Below are positions 47,925 through 58,052 of a stretch of 64,000 nucleotides of DNA, piece by piece. This stretch comes from Candidatus Cloacimonadales bacterium (GTDB lineage Bacteria; Cloacimonadota; Cloacimonadia; Cloacimonadales; JAIOQZ01): NCBI GenBank assembly GCA_963674825.1, contig OY771587.1, positions 1,664,001-1,728,000 of the forward strand, read 5' to 3'. Position 1 is the first letter of the stretch. Every line of letters starts with the position of its first letter. Under the pieces are notes generated by a model. It had not been told where the DNA came from, did not search any database, and saw only the letters and a program-made list of their open reading frames with translations. The position numbers and the translations under genes are program-made.

Positions 47925-50900
47925 CTATAACTTCTTTTCGATCAGGTAATTCAATACAGACGAGATTGCCTTGGACATCTCGGCAGACAGCCCATCCATT
48001 TCCTTCAGGATCGCTTTGCACTTCTTGATATCGGCAAGATTCAGTGTCAACGGGTCCAGCGAATACTGATTCACGAAGAACAGGAGGAAGTAGCGCGCAC
48101 GTTCGAAATCGATGAGACGTATCAGGATCGGCAGGCAACTGCTGCAACGCTTGTGGAACATTGAGTAGATCATCAGATCGACGAGATTGCGGTAATCGGT
48201 TGTGGCAACGATCTGCTCAAATATCTTCAGCCATTTTGGATCGTTCGACTTGACTGATGCGAACACGATAGCGCGAATGATGTCCTCATCCTTGGACTTC
48301 AATGCCTGCTCAAGGATATCCCAATCGCTTTGAGTCATGTTGTCTTCGGTGCATTTCAGAATCGATTCGATAAGCTTTTCGCGTGAGACGAGCCTGTCTT
48401 TTTTTGCCTGCGTTTCGCCCTTGGCTTCCATGATCTTCTCAACATCCATGCTACCTATCAGCTTTTCGGAGAGCTGCATATCCAGATCGTTTCGCTTGTC
48501 TTCCAGTTCATCCTCGTTCATGATGATCTTTTCGGAGAAATCACGCAATGGAATGGTTTCAAAGCGTTCGTATGGATCAGCAAAGTGATGCAGGGTCTTT
48601 TTATACCAGTTTTCGGAGAGACGCCAGTCCGTGGTTTCAAAGAGCGATCTGAACAACTCATAAGAATCGACAGGTTGAAGCTCAATGCCCTTATTAACCT
48701 TCTGAAGCGCGATGTCGGCAGAGACTCGTACGTATTCATCGCCATCTTTGGAGATTACCTGAAGCATGCGCAGCGATTCGTCGGAGTATATGTCGCCGAG
48801 TGCCTTGGAGAGGGCAATCTTGGTTTTGGATGAGGAGCTCATAACATATTTCTGGAGGATGGGAATGCTTTCACGGAGTTGCATGGTCCCAATCGCCTTG
48901 ATTACTTCCGATTGGATCGATTCGTTCGGATTCGCGAGTTGCTTCTCCAGCATCTTCAGCGCTTTTGTGCTTTTTACACGTGCGATTGCCTGAATGGGCG
49001 CTTTCATGGCGTGGGCTTTCGTCTCTTCCATCAGTTCGGCGAACATATCCCAGCCCGATTCGTCACCCTGCATGATCAGTGCATAGGCAAATTCTGACTT
49101 GATCTCAGGTGTGAGTGTAGCTTTGTTGCGATGAATGAATTCGATGATCCGGGCATGGCGAAGCTTGCCCAATACTCTTGCGATCGGGACTTTGGAGACC
49201 CAGTCCGCTTTGCGCCAGAGCATATTGATAAGCTGTAATGCCCGTTCGATGCTGTAATCAGAGAGCAGGCTCAAGAGGTCGTCCAGGATATCCAGGTCCT
49301 GTAAAAGAGCGATTTTACGGACAACGGCGAGACCAAGTTCGCTGGGATATACTTTGAGCGCATCAATAATTCTTTTATGGGCATATTGATCGAGGTTGAG
49401 TATCTCGCTTTCGATTTTCTGCAGGAAATTCATCCTTCCATTTTGAGCGAAGACCAGCGCTGCGATGGTTTTGCAGGCATAATCGTCACTCTTGTATAGC
49501 TCGTTCATGTATTTAGTGATGTTGCTGGATGGGATATGAGCAAGCAACTGCGCGAGCATGAATTTCATCTCGGCGTTACCGGTCTTGAGTAAGCGCTCGA
49601 CCGTTTCCCAGCCTTCATCTTCGCTGTACTGGAGGAGCTTTCCGGTAGCCAGTGTGGCGATAATCGGTGTTTGATCGAAACTAAATTCCCGCAGAACGGA
49701 GAGGTTTTCGCCTGTGCTAAGCTGCAGGAAACATAAGCGTGCATAATCACGGACGTTGTTCTGGCTGAAATCGGTGTAGAACTCGAGGGTCTGCCAGCCG
49801 TTAGGATCTCCCATAAGGATCATGGATTTTGCAGATTCCACTTCGAGGATAGGTCTCCGTTCGGTGTTGAGGCTTTTCAGGAACGAAAGCGATAGTGGAT
49901 GATAAATACTTGGTAATGCACGAATCACAGCGAAATATTCTTCGGAACCGCCTTCGCGGAGCAGTTCGGCGAGTAGCGGGAGTACTTTTACTGTGTGCAA
50001 TTGGCTGAGGGCCTGAGCGATATAGGGGCGATTCTTGTAATAGGCTGCCGGGATCAGGCGCGCAAGATAGTCCACCGCGGTATCCAGCGGAAGCAGGGTG
50101 ATGGTCTTGATGGCTTCCTGGCATACTTCGAGGTTTTCGTCCTGTGCGAGCTTCATGATCAGGTCTTCATCGACATTCTCGGACATGATCTTGAGCGAGG
50201 TCGCGATCTGCTTACGAACCATATAATTGGATGACTGTGCGAGGTCGTTCAATAGTTTTCCGACCGTCTCATTTTCAAGATTCTTCAATGCGATCGCAGC
50301 GTTCACGGCGATGTTGTAGTCATCATCTTTCACGAATTCGAGCAGCATGTTCTCATACTGCTGAAGCTTGAGCATACCGATGAAGCGGCAGAGGCGAACT
50401 TTGCCGTTCATGGTCGCTACGGAACTGTATTTCTCCAGATTGGGCAGGTTTCTCAGGATAGCGTCATGGACGTCGGGATGCAGTTCGGTGCTGGAAGTTA
50501 GAGTCTCGAAATACATGTTGGATATGATGTTGAATTTATCATCCGAGATCAAGCCTTCTTTCTCGGCCATCTCGTTCTTGACGAGCTCTTCCATCTCCTT
50601 CTGCGTGTTGATTCGTCTCTTCAATTCGAGGTAGTTCTGCTCAATATCGAGTATTGTACGCTGTGGGTCGTTGACAACCCGGCGATTCATAAGCTTAGCG
50701 AAGAAGGCGAAGTTCTCCTCTCCGCCTACCAGCAGGAGTGGTTTGAGTAAATTGGAGATTGGGAACGAATCAAGATGCAGATTATCCAGGATTTCTTTCT
50801 GGATGGGCTTGCAACTTTCGATAAGCTTCTGCCGTATATTTTCCTGCGGGATAATTTCGTTGAGTCTGTAACCGTATTTCGATGTGAGGTAGTAGGAAAC

Positions 50901-51845
50901 ATTGATGCTGTTGAGGCTTGTTTTTTGTATGATTCCGATCGTGTTCAGGTAGCTTTCAAGCCACTGGAACTGGTCGTAATACTGATACAGGTATATCAGG
51001 TCGATAACAAAGTGGGTTTGCAGGAATGTCTTGATCCATTCGCTGATCGTGGTCATGGAGAAGAAAGATTTAAACGTCTCGAACGGAATTTCGTAGGAAT
51101 CGGTGATGAGCTGGAAGTTCTCTGGATAAAGCAGCTCATCTTTGTTGATGTCCTTGATCAGCTTGAGTTTGTCCTGAGAACTGAGTCGAGAGAGATTGAT
51201 CAGCGACAGAACAAAGGAGAGGTTGAAGCGCTTCTGGCTGGACCAGAATAGCATTTCCTGCTTGATGAGCTGATACTCTTCGATAGGTGTGATCGTTTTG
51301 CGGATACTGAGATAGTGCTTGAGTCGGTCCATTTCCGAGTACTGTTGTTCGATGGAAGATTCTTCACCACTTTCTTCAACGATCTGATCGACGTCCGCTT
51401 CTTCGAGGAGCATGCGGAGTTTGAGGTAATCCTCGCGGACTTTCTTAGGTGCATTGGGATTATCAGGATCGATACCAAGGCGTTTGAGGAGGTTGCGGCG
51501 GACGATGCGGTCGATCTTCGGCTTTTTAGCCAGCTTGATCAGGTCTTTTTCTTTGAAGTTGCGTACAAGATAGGGAATGATGGTTTTCTGGGCAAAGCTC
51601 AGGTTGACGAATGACATGATGTCCTGAAAATCTGTAAGCTCCAGCGCTGTTTTCTCCAGAAGGCTTTCAATGATCATGGCGCGATTTCCGGGATCTTTTT
51701 GAGCGAGCTTCAGCAGTACTTTGAATTCTTCCAGCTCGAACAGACGCTCGATGATCTGTTCCCGTAAGGGCTTGGAGGCAATATAGAGCTCTTCAAGTTT
51801 GGCGGGATCGTTTTTCGCCATCATCCATCGAAGATTGTTCAGCAT
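47925..51845 (-). CDS. Large HEAT-repeat protein (~1300 aa)
   Basis: Many D..VR..A..ALG-type helical repeats; GGGAG RBS before ATG 51845. Confidence 0.8.
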   Translation of the reverse strand: MLNNLRWMMAKNDPAKLEELYIASKPLREQIIERLFELEEFKVLLKLAQKDPGNRAMIIESLLEKTALELTDFQDIMSFVNLSFAQKTIIPYLVRNFKEKDLIKLAKKPKIDRIVRRNLLKRLGIDPDNPNAPKKVREDYLKLRMLLEEADVDQIVEESGEESSIEQQYSEMDRLKHYLSIRKTITPIEEYQLIKQEMLFWSSQKRFNLSFVLSLINLSRLSSQDKLKLIKDINKDELLYPENFQLITDSYEIPFETFKSFFSMTTISEWIKTFLQTHFVIDLIYLYQYYDQFQWLESYLNTIGIIQKTSLNSINVSYYLTSKYGYRLNEIIPQENIRQKLIESCKPIQKEILDNLHLDSFPISNLLKPLLLVGGEENFAFFAKLMNRRVVNDPQRTILDIEQNYLELKRRINTQKEMEELVKNEMAEKEGLISDDKFNIISNMYFETLTSSTELHPDVHDAILRNLPNLEKYSSVATMNGKVRLCRFIGMLKLQQYENMLLEFVKDDDYNIAVNAAIALKNLENETVGKLLNDLAQSSNYMVRKQIATSLKIMSENVDEDLIMKLAQDENLEVCQEAIKTITLLPLDTAVDYLARLIPAAYYKNRPYIAQALSQLHTVKVLPLLAELLREGGSEEYFAVIRALPSIYHPLSLSFLKSLNTERRPILEVESAKSMILMGDPNGWQTLEFYTDFSQNNVRDYARLCFLQLSTGENLSVLREFSFDQTPIIATLATGKLLQYSEDEGWETVERLLKTGNAEMKFMLAQLLAHIPSSNITKYMNELYKSDDYACKTIAALVFAQNGRMNFLQKIESEILNLDQYAHKRIIDALKVYPSELGLAVVRKIALLQDLDILDDLLSLLSDYSIERALQLINMLWRKADWVSKVPIARVLGKLRHARIIEFIHRNKATLTPEIKSEFAYALIMQGDESGWDMFAELMEETKAHAMKAPIQAIARVKSTKALKMLEKQLANPNESIQSEVIKAIGTMQLRESIPILQKYVMSSSSKTKIALSKALGDIYSDESLRMLQVISKDGDEYVRVSADIALQKVNKGIELQPVDSYELFRSLFETTDWRLSENWYKKTLHHFADPYERFETIPLRDFSEKIIMNEDELEDKRNDLDMQLSEKLIGSMDVEKIMEAKGETQAKKDRLVSREKLIESILKCTEDNMTQSDWDILEQALKSKDEDIIRAIVFASVKSNDPKWLKIFEQIVATTDYRNLVDLMIYSMFHKRCSSCLPILIRLIDFERARYFLLFFVNQYSLDPLTLNLADIKKCKAILKEMDGLSAEMSKAISSVLNYLIEKKL

Positions 51846-51926
51846 CGTATAGACTCCCAATTCTAAGGATTCATGTCATTTTCGACAGATAGCCATCAAT
51901 ATGTAAATAAATTATTTCCGTCAGGA

Positions 51927-52544
51927 TCAAAGGACAAGTTTTTCAATCCAGCCGATAATCTGATCGACTCCCTTCTTCTTCAGAGATGAAACGGCAGTAA
52001 AGGATTTGCGATCGATACCAAACTGCTTGGATAATACGTCTAGATAGCTTCCGGCCTTTGTGACCGGAACTTTATCCGATTTTGTGGCTGCAACCAGATA
52101 CCGGATATTGAATTCCTCCAGCATCTGGGCCATCATGATGTCTTTTTCGTCAGCCTTATGTCGGATATCGACCAGCAGGATAACGCCACGTAGCTGTACG
52201 CGTTCGCTGAAGTAGCTGCGCATCATCTTTTTCCACGATTCTCTTTCGCCTTTACTGACCTTTGCGTAGCCGTAACCGGGAAGGTCAACGAAGTTGATGA
52301 AGCCTTCCAACTCATCATTTTCGGTGTGCTTGAACCGAACGAGGAAGAAATTGACCAGGCGCGTTTTGCCTGGTTTTCCGCTGGTTTTGGCGATCGATTT
52401 ACGGCCAAGGATGCTGTTCAGGAGCGATGATTTCCCAACGTTTGAGCGGCCAACAAATGCGACGTCAGCAAATTCAGATGAGGGGTAGTCCTTCGGATTA
52501 ACTGCGCTGGTGAGGAAATTACTCTCAACGATTCGAATGCCCAT
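51927..52544 (-). CDS. engB: Ribosome biogenesis GTPase EngB/YsxC/YihA
   Basis: GRSNVGKSS, PGKT, DLPGYGY and TKSDK. Confidence 0.95.
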   Translation of the reverse strand: MGIRIVESNFLTSAVNPKDYPSSEFADVAFVGRSNVGKSSLLNSILGRKSIAKTSGKPGKTRLVNFFLVRFKHTENDELEGFINFVDLPGYGYAKVSKGERESWKKMMRSYFSERVQLRGVILLVDIRHKADEKDIMMAQMLEEFNIRYLVAATKSDKVPVTKAGSYLDVLSKQFGIDRKSFTAVSSLKKKGVDQIIGWIEKLVL

Positions 52545-52551
52545 GCCGTTC

Positions 52552-52932
52552 CTATTCCCAATAAACAACTGAACTTGTGTCGGATTCCCAGACCTCTATA
52601 TCTGCGATCCGGCAATGATCGTGTTTGAGCTCTTCTTTAAGGCGATCGTAAAAATATTTTGCGATGTTCTCGGATGTCGGGTTACACTCCTTGAAAGCGG
52701 GGTGCTCGTTGAGCATGGTGTGGTCAAGCTCGCCGAGGATCGCGTTCAAGTGAAGCTTGATATCTTTAAAATCGATAGCAAGTCCGATCTCATCTGTTCG
52801 GTCGCATTCGATTCCAACTCGGATTTTCCAGTTATGTCCATGCAGCCGCTTGCAAGCTCCGTCGTATCCCTTCAGAAGATGCGCTCCGCTGAAATGAGAC
52901 GTCACATTTAATTTGTACATATTGTTCTCCAT
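52552..52932 (-). CDS. queD: 6-carboxy-5,6,7,8-tetrahydropterin synthase QueD
   Basis: FSGAH.L..Y.G.C..LHGHNW, IDF, LDH..LNE, NPTSENIA and VWES. Confidence 0.95.
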   Translation of the reverse strand: MENNMYKLNVTSHFSGAHLLKGYDGACKRLHGHNWKIRVGIECDRTDEIGLAIDFKDIKLHLNAILGELDHTMLNEHPAFKECNPTSENIAKYFYDRLKEELKHDHCRIADIEVWESDTSSVVYWE

Positions 52933-52980
52933 CTTGTTGATTTTATCTTAGATACACAGCTACACGATCCATACTTTCCC

Positions 52981-53264
52981 GTCAAACATATTTCCCACAT
53001 GATTTCGGGGAGCTCCGTTTCTCCCTCGTCCCGAATGGCGATCAAACTGTTGTCCGAAGTTACCCGAAGAGTGCCGGGGCGGCGTAGGAAGCTATTTCGT
53101 AGCACTGCAATGCTACGAAATGGCTTCCTGGGCAGTTCTGAATTCGAACTGCCCGTGTGCGAAGCACACACGCCGCCCCGACACGTGAGCAAGGTGAAGT
53201 CGTCGGTGGTCATTGTGGGATTCGGGACGAGGAATCGAGTGTGCGTGGCGTGAAAATGTTTGAC
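52981..53264. other. Nested palindromic element with a perfect four-way junction (unknown ncRNA or miniature mobile element)
   Basis: Stems 52981-89/53256-64, 53024-36/53220-32 and 53075-85/53170-80 enclose hairpins 53086-53129, 53130-53154 and 53155-53169. Confidence 0.7.
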
Positions 53265-53344
53265 AATATACCCGAGGTTTATGATTGACTACGCGAATGT
53301 AACCATATCGATCTTGAAGCGTTGAGGTTACAGTGGAGAAACTC

Positions 53345-54085
53345 ATGAAATGTAAGAATTGCTCTTCGTCGCTCGAACAAAACGCGATCTTCTGTCCCAG
53401 TTGTGGCTGGCAGACAGAATTCATCCGCGAGAACCTTTCGGCCAAGCTGGTTTTGAAAGGAGCCTGGCAGGACTATAAAGGTGTTCGGGGTAAGAATTAC
53501 CCATTTGCGATCTTCTTCGTACTGTTGATCATGGTTCCGGTTGGGCTCGCGGCCTTCTTCACACGAGACAATTACTGGATCAACAACCTCGCGATGCTGC
53601 TTTTAGCTCCGCTGGCGATGGTTCCGCTTACGTTCGAGGGTAGCCAGTACTCGGTGAAGCAATACTTTACGCAGCTGAAAAACTATCCTAAGCTCCTGGG
53701 AATCTCCTTCTTTACGGTGCTATTCTTCTTCGTTATCAACGTAATCTGCACCGGAAATCCGTTGTTCTACTATGCAACAGACCCGATTCTTCACCCGGTT
53801 CGATTTGTGTTGGTGCTTTACTGGCTGGCGATTATCGTTCCGTCGTTTTATATCCTCACAGAGCTGAAACTTCCGCCCTGCAAGTCAATCTACTGGGCCT
53901 ATAAATGGGGACGAGAAACGCGCTGGCAGCAATTCTTTCTGATCGTCGTGCTTGCTTTTTTAAATGTGATCGCTGTGATACCGGTTGGCCTTGGTCTGCT
54001 TGTAAGTGTACCGTTTACAGCTTTTGCCGTTCGTCGATTCTCCCGTCAGTTGCATCAGCATGGAATTTTTGAGCGGAAAGGTTGA
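53345..54085 (+). CDS. Membrane protein with N-terminal zinc ribbon
   Basis: MKCKNC...FCPSCG followed by about six hydrophobic segments; GGAG RBS. Confidence 0.82.
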   Translation: MKCKNCSSSLEQNAIFCPSCGWQTEFIRENLSAKLVLKGAWQDYKGVRGKNYPFAIFFVLLIMVPVGLAAFFTRDNYWINNLAMLLLAPLAMVPLTFEGSQYSVKQYFTQLKNYPKLLGISFFTVLFFFVINVICTGNPLFYYATDPILHPVRFVLVLYWLAIIVPSFYILTELKLPPCKSIYWAYKWGRETRWQQFFLIVVLAFLNVIAVIPVGLGLLVSVPFTAFAVRRFSRQLHQHGIFERKG

Positions 54086-54177
54086 TAAAAGATAAAAATA
54101 GTCTGCGTACTTGACAATCTGAAGCCCTGCTGTAATTCACACCCATTCATAATATAGGATTCATGAAAGGAAATGGG

Positions 54178-55920
54178 ATGAATACGTTCCGATATGTTAT
54201 ACCGATTCTGAAGAAGAATATCAAGCGTATTGCGCTGGGTATCGGCATTTTGATATTTGTCGATTCTCTTCAGCTCATCATCCCAAAAATTATCCAGCAC
54301 GCCATTAATAATCTGGAAAAACCCGGTTTCACGCATGTAAATCTCCTCTACAGCGCTCTTTTCATACTGCTGTTGGCGGTCCTGACTACGATCTTCAAAT
54401 ACGTCTGGCGAATCCTGCTGATCGGTAACGCATGGCAGTTCCAGAGAAGTCTCAGGCAAAGCTATTATAATCACCTGATGAAGCTATCTCAGACTTTCTA
54501 TAACAAGCAGAAGACCGGTGAGCTGATGGCGAGAGCCACAAACGATATTCAGGCCGTCCGCATGATGTTCGGCTTTGGGTTCGTAATGGCTTCGGACACC
54601 CTTTTCCTCTCCGTCGCTTCGTTCCTGCTCATGATCCAGATCAATCCGAAACTTACCTTGCTCTCTATCCTGCCGCTTCCCATTATGACCGTTTTCATTA
54701 TCTTTATGGGCAAGCGCATCCACGTCGCGTTCAAGCGCGTTCAAACCTCGTTTGCAGACCTCTCCGGCATGGTTCAGGAAAATATATCTGGTATCCGAGT
54801 TGTGAAGGCATTCGTGCAGGAAGAGAGCGAAGTGGATAAAATGGCCGATTACGCCGGCGACTACGTGAAGAAAAACCTCAAGCTGGTCAGTCTGCAAGCG
54901 GCTTTCCACCCCTTTATGGGTATGATCATCAGCATCAGTATGGGCATGGTGCTTGTATTCGGTGGCGCGGCAACCATCAAAGGCGATATGAACATCGGCG
55001 AATACGTGGCTTTCTACTCCTACCTGGGAACCCTCGTATGGCCCATGATCGCCATCGGCTGGATCGTTAACCTCTACCAGAACGGTACTGCGTCGCTCAA
55101 GCGACTCAACGAGATCCTCGATGTCGAGCCGGATATCACCGACGAAAAGGCAGATCCGGAACTGAAGAGCATTGAAGGCGAGATCGAAATTAAAAATCTC
55201 GTTTTCCGCTACCGCGATGATCTGCCAAATGTCTTCGACGATATCTCCATACAGCTCAAGAAAGGCGATACTCTCGCAATCGTGGGCAGGACAGGCTGTG
55301 GTAAATCCACACTGGTCAACCAGTTACTGCGCGTATATAATCCCCCGGAAGGCGCATTCTTCATCGATGGCAAAGAGCTTTACAGGTATCCACTCGAAGT
55401 ACTGCGAAACAATATCGCGATCGTACCGCAGGAGATTTTCCTCTTCTCCGATACAATCGCGAACAATATCGCGTTCGGGAGGCCAGGCGCTACCCGAGCA
55501 GATATCGAGCGTGTTGCAAAGCTTGCCAGCGTCCATGATGACATCGTTGGCTTCAAAGAAGGCTACGAGACTACCGTCGGCGAACGTGGTGTAACCCTCT
55601 CCGGAGGCCAGAAACAGCGCATCGCCATGGCGAGAGCTTTCCTATGCGATCCCGCCGTGCTGATCCTCGACGACTCTCTTTCAGCTGTTGATACGCGCAC
55701 TGAGAAGGAAATACTCGAGCAGATCATTGAACTCCGTAAAGAACGTACCACGATCATTATCGCGCATCGTATCTCATCGATACAGCACGCAGAGCAGACG
55801 GTTGTGCTTGAAAATGGCAAAATCGCCGAGCGCGGCAACCACGAAGAGCTGATGAAACTCGGCGGTATCTACGCCGAACTGTATGAGAAACAGCAGATCG
55901 AAGAGAAGCTGAAGGGATAA
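54178..55920 (+). CDS. Multidrug-type ABC exporter, fused permease/ATPase, subunit A (MdlA/YheI-like)
   Basis: TGELMARATND, GRTGCGKS, LSGGQKQR and degenerate Walker B ILDDSLSAVD; the alternative start is 54163. Confidence 0.93.
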   Translation: MNTFRYVIPILKKNIKRIALGIGILIFVDSLQLIIPKIIQHAINNLEKPGFTHVNLLYSALFILLLAVLTTIFKYVWRILLIGNAWQFQRSLRQSYYNHLMKLSQTFYNKQKTGELMARATNDIQAVRMMFGFGFVMASDTLFLSVASFLLMIQINPKLTLLSILPLPIMTVFIIFMGKRIHVAFKRVQTSFADLSGMVQENISGIRVVKAFVQEESEVDKMADYAGDYVKKNLKLVSLQAAFHPFMGMIISISMGMVLVFGGAATIKGDMNIGEYVAFYSYLGTLVWPMIAIGWIVNLYQNGTASLKRLNEILDVEPDITDEKADPELKSIEGEIEIKNLVFRYRDDLPNVFDDISIQLKKGDTLAIVGRTGCGKSTLVNQLLRVYNPPEGAFFIDGKELYRYPLEVLRNNIAIVPQEIFLFSDTIANNIAFGRPGATRADIERVAKLASVHDDIVGFKEGYETTVGERGVTLSGGQKQRIAMARAFLCDPAVLILDDSLSAVDTRTEKEILEQIIELRKERTTIIIAHRISSIQHAEQTVVLENGKIAERGNHEELMKLGGIYAELYEKQQIEEKLKG

Positions 55921-55922
55921 CC

Positions 55923-58052
55923 ATGAAAGGTCAAATCTACACGGACGATATCGGCGGAAAGATCTACGACGGCAAGATGCTGGCCAAGCTGGTTCGCTAT
56001 CTCAAGCCCTATATGGGCCACGTCGCCGTGTCTATGGTTTTTCTGCTATTGTTAACCGCGATTCAGCTCTACATGCCGATTCTGACCATGATCGCCGTCG
56101 ATCGCTATATTGTCTCCGATATCAACCTCATCTCGTTTAACCAACAGAGTGACTATGACGCTTTTGCCGATAAATATGCTCGCTTGAAGCTCGAATCATA
56201 CGAACACGATGGAAGATTGTATGTGTTGCTACCGGTTAAAAAGCTGAACCGCATCTTCAAGGACGACATTAAAAAACTCGAGGAACAGAATCGTTACCAC
56301 AGAGGTCAGTATGTGCTCTGCAAGGTAAATGATAAAACAACTGCGATTCTGCAGAAACTCGAAGACCCTACTCTTTACACACAGATTTCCGATAGCAAGT
56401 ACGCGGTCCAGCAGAAAGTCTTCGCATTGGTGGGAAAAGAAAAATACCTGACCAGGGATGAGATCATCGACATGCGTAGCGATGCTCTTCACAGCCTCGT
56501 ATTAATCGGTATCGTATATCTGGTGCTGGTGATATTCCGCTTCATCTTCCAATACTTGCAGGTCTATTTCATCAACTACGCGGCGCAGTATGCAATGCTC
56601 GATCTACGCAAGGAAGCCTTCGCCTACCTGCAAAAGCTTCCGCTTCCCTTCTTCGACCGCAATCCCGTCGGAAGGCTTGTTACACGCGTTACGAACGATA
56701 TCCGAGCCCTCGACGAAATGCTGAGTGCTGGTCTGATCGATCTTATACAGAACGTTCTGATGCTGATCGGTATCATGATCGCGATGCTGATTCTGGATCT
56801 GAAATTCGCATTGGTTACACTCACGATCCTGCCGTTTGTGGTGCTTCATCTCAAGCTGTTCAAGGATCGAGTGCGCGTAGCCTTCCGCGTTGTTCGCAAG
56901 AAGCTCGCAGCATTGAACGCCACCCTCTCCGAGGATATGTCCGGATTCAGGATCATTCAGCTTTTCAATCAGTATTCACGTAAAGTGAACTACTTTGCCG
57001 GTATCAATCAGGAGTATTACGACGCCGGCTTCAGCCAGACGAAGATTTTTGCCGTATTCCGTCCCCTTATCTTCACGATGCGATTTGTGGTAGTAGCCGT
57101 GGTATTGTGGTACGGTGGAAGCCTCATTCTGAAGCATGCCATTACGGTAGGACTTCTGATCGCTTTCCTCCAGTATATGGAACGCTTCTTCGATCCATTG
57201 CAGCACATCAGCGAGAAATTCAACGTCCTTCAAGCTGCGATGTCTGGAGCAGAACGTGTGTTTGCGTTAATGGAAGAGCCAGCGAAAGACTATCGCCAAG
57301 AGCAGGATGAGAAGGTGCTTGTATCGGGTGAAATCGAGTTCCGAGATGTGTGGCTCAGCTATCTTAAAAACGACGAATACGCGCTCAAGGGTATCAGCTT
57401 CAAGGTAGAGCCGGGCGAGAGCGTTGCGCTCGTTGGTCACACCGGGTCAGGCAAGACTTCGATCGTCAATCTGCTGACTGATATGTACGAGTACCAGCAG
57501 GGCGATATTTTGCTTGATGGAACGAGTTTGAACGAATTCAGACTGGAGGATATCCGGCGCAACATCGGTATCGTTCAACAGGACGTATTTCTTTTCTCCG
57601 GCAATATTCGCGACAATATCGTTCTGAACGACACATCCATCGACGATGAGACACTGGAGAAGGTCGCACGGTATGTGAATGTGGATGCCTTTATCGATAG
57701 TCTTCCCATGAAATACGAGGAAGAGGTGACCGAACGTGGCTCCACTTTCTCCGTCGGCCAGCGACAGCTTATCGCGTTTGCGCGCGTACTGGCATACGAT
57801 CCGGCCATATTTATCCTTGACGAAGCGACTTCCAACATCGACACCGAAACCGAGACCATGATTCAGGAAGCGATCAAGGTGGTCATGAAGGGCCGAACCT
57901 CCATCATCATCGCGCATCGCCTCTCGACCATCAAGCACGTAGATCGTATCATCGTGCTGCACAAGGGTAAGATCGTCGAACAGGGGAGTCACGACCAACT
58001 AATAGCCAATCGCGGCGTATATTATGACCTATACCGTCTTCAATTCGAATAG
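55923..58052 (+). CDS. Multidrug-type ABC exporter subunit B (MdlB/YheH-like)
   Basis: PVGRLVTRVTND, GHTGSGKT, FSVGQRQL and ILDEATSNID; heterodimer partner of the upstream gene. Confidence 0.93.
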   Translation: MKGQIYTDDIGGKIYDGKMLAKLVRYLKPYMGHVAVSMVFLLLLTAIQLYMPILTMIAVDRYIVSDINLISFNQQSDYDAFADKYARLKLESYEHDGRLYVLLPVKKLNRIFKDDIKKLEEQNRYHRGQYVLCKVNDKTTAILQKLEDPTLYTQISDSKYAVQQKVFALVGKEKYLTRDEIIDMRSDALHSLVLIGIVYLVLVIFRFIFQYLQVYFINYAAQYAMLDLRKEAFAYLQKLPLPFFDRNPVGRLVTRVTNDIRALDEMLSAGLIDLIQNVLMLIGIMIAMLILDLKFALVTLTILPFVVLHLKLFKDRVRVAFRVVRKKLAALNATLSEDMSGFRIIQLFNQYSRKVNYFAGINQEYYDAGFSQTKIFAVFRPLIFTMRFVVVAVVLWYGGSLILKHAITVGLLIAFLQYMERFFDPLQHISEKFNVLQAAMSGAERVFALMEEPAKDYRQEQDEKVLVSGEIEFRDVWLSYLKNDEYALKGISFKVEPGESVALVGHTGSGKTSIVNLLTDMYEYQQGDILLDGTSLNEFRLEDIRRNIGIVQQDVFLFSGNIRDNIVLNDTSIDDETLEKVARYVNVDAFIDSLPMKYEEEVTERGSTFSVGQRQLIAFARVLAYDPAIFILDEATSNIDTETETMIQEAIKVVMKGRTSIIIAHRLSTIKHVDRIIVLHKGKIVEQGSHDQLIANRGVYYDLYRLQFE

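Noticed and set aside
52933..53000. preQ1 riboswitch upstream of queD
   Set aside because: No preQ1-I stem with an A-rich tail is recognisable, and the predicted promoter leaves only a short leader.
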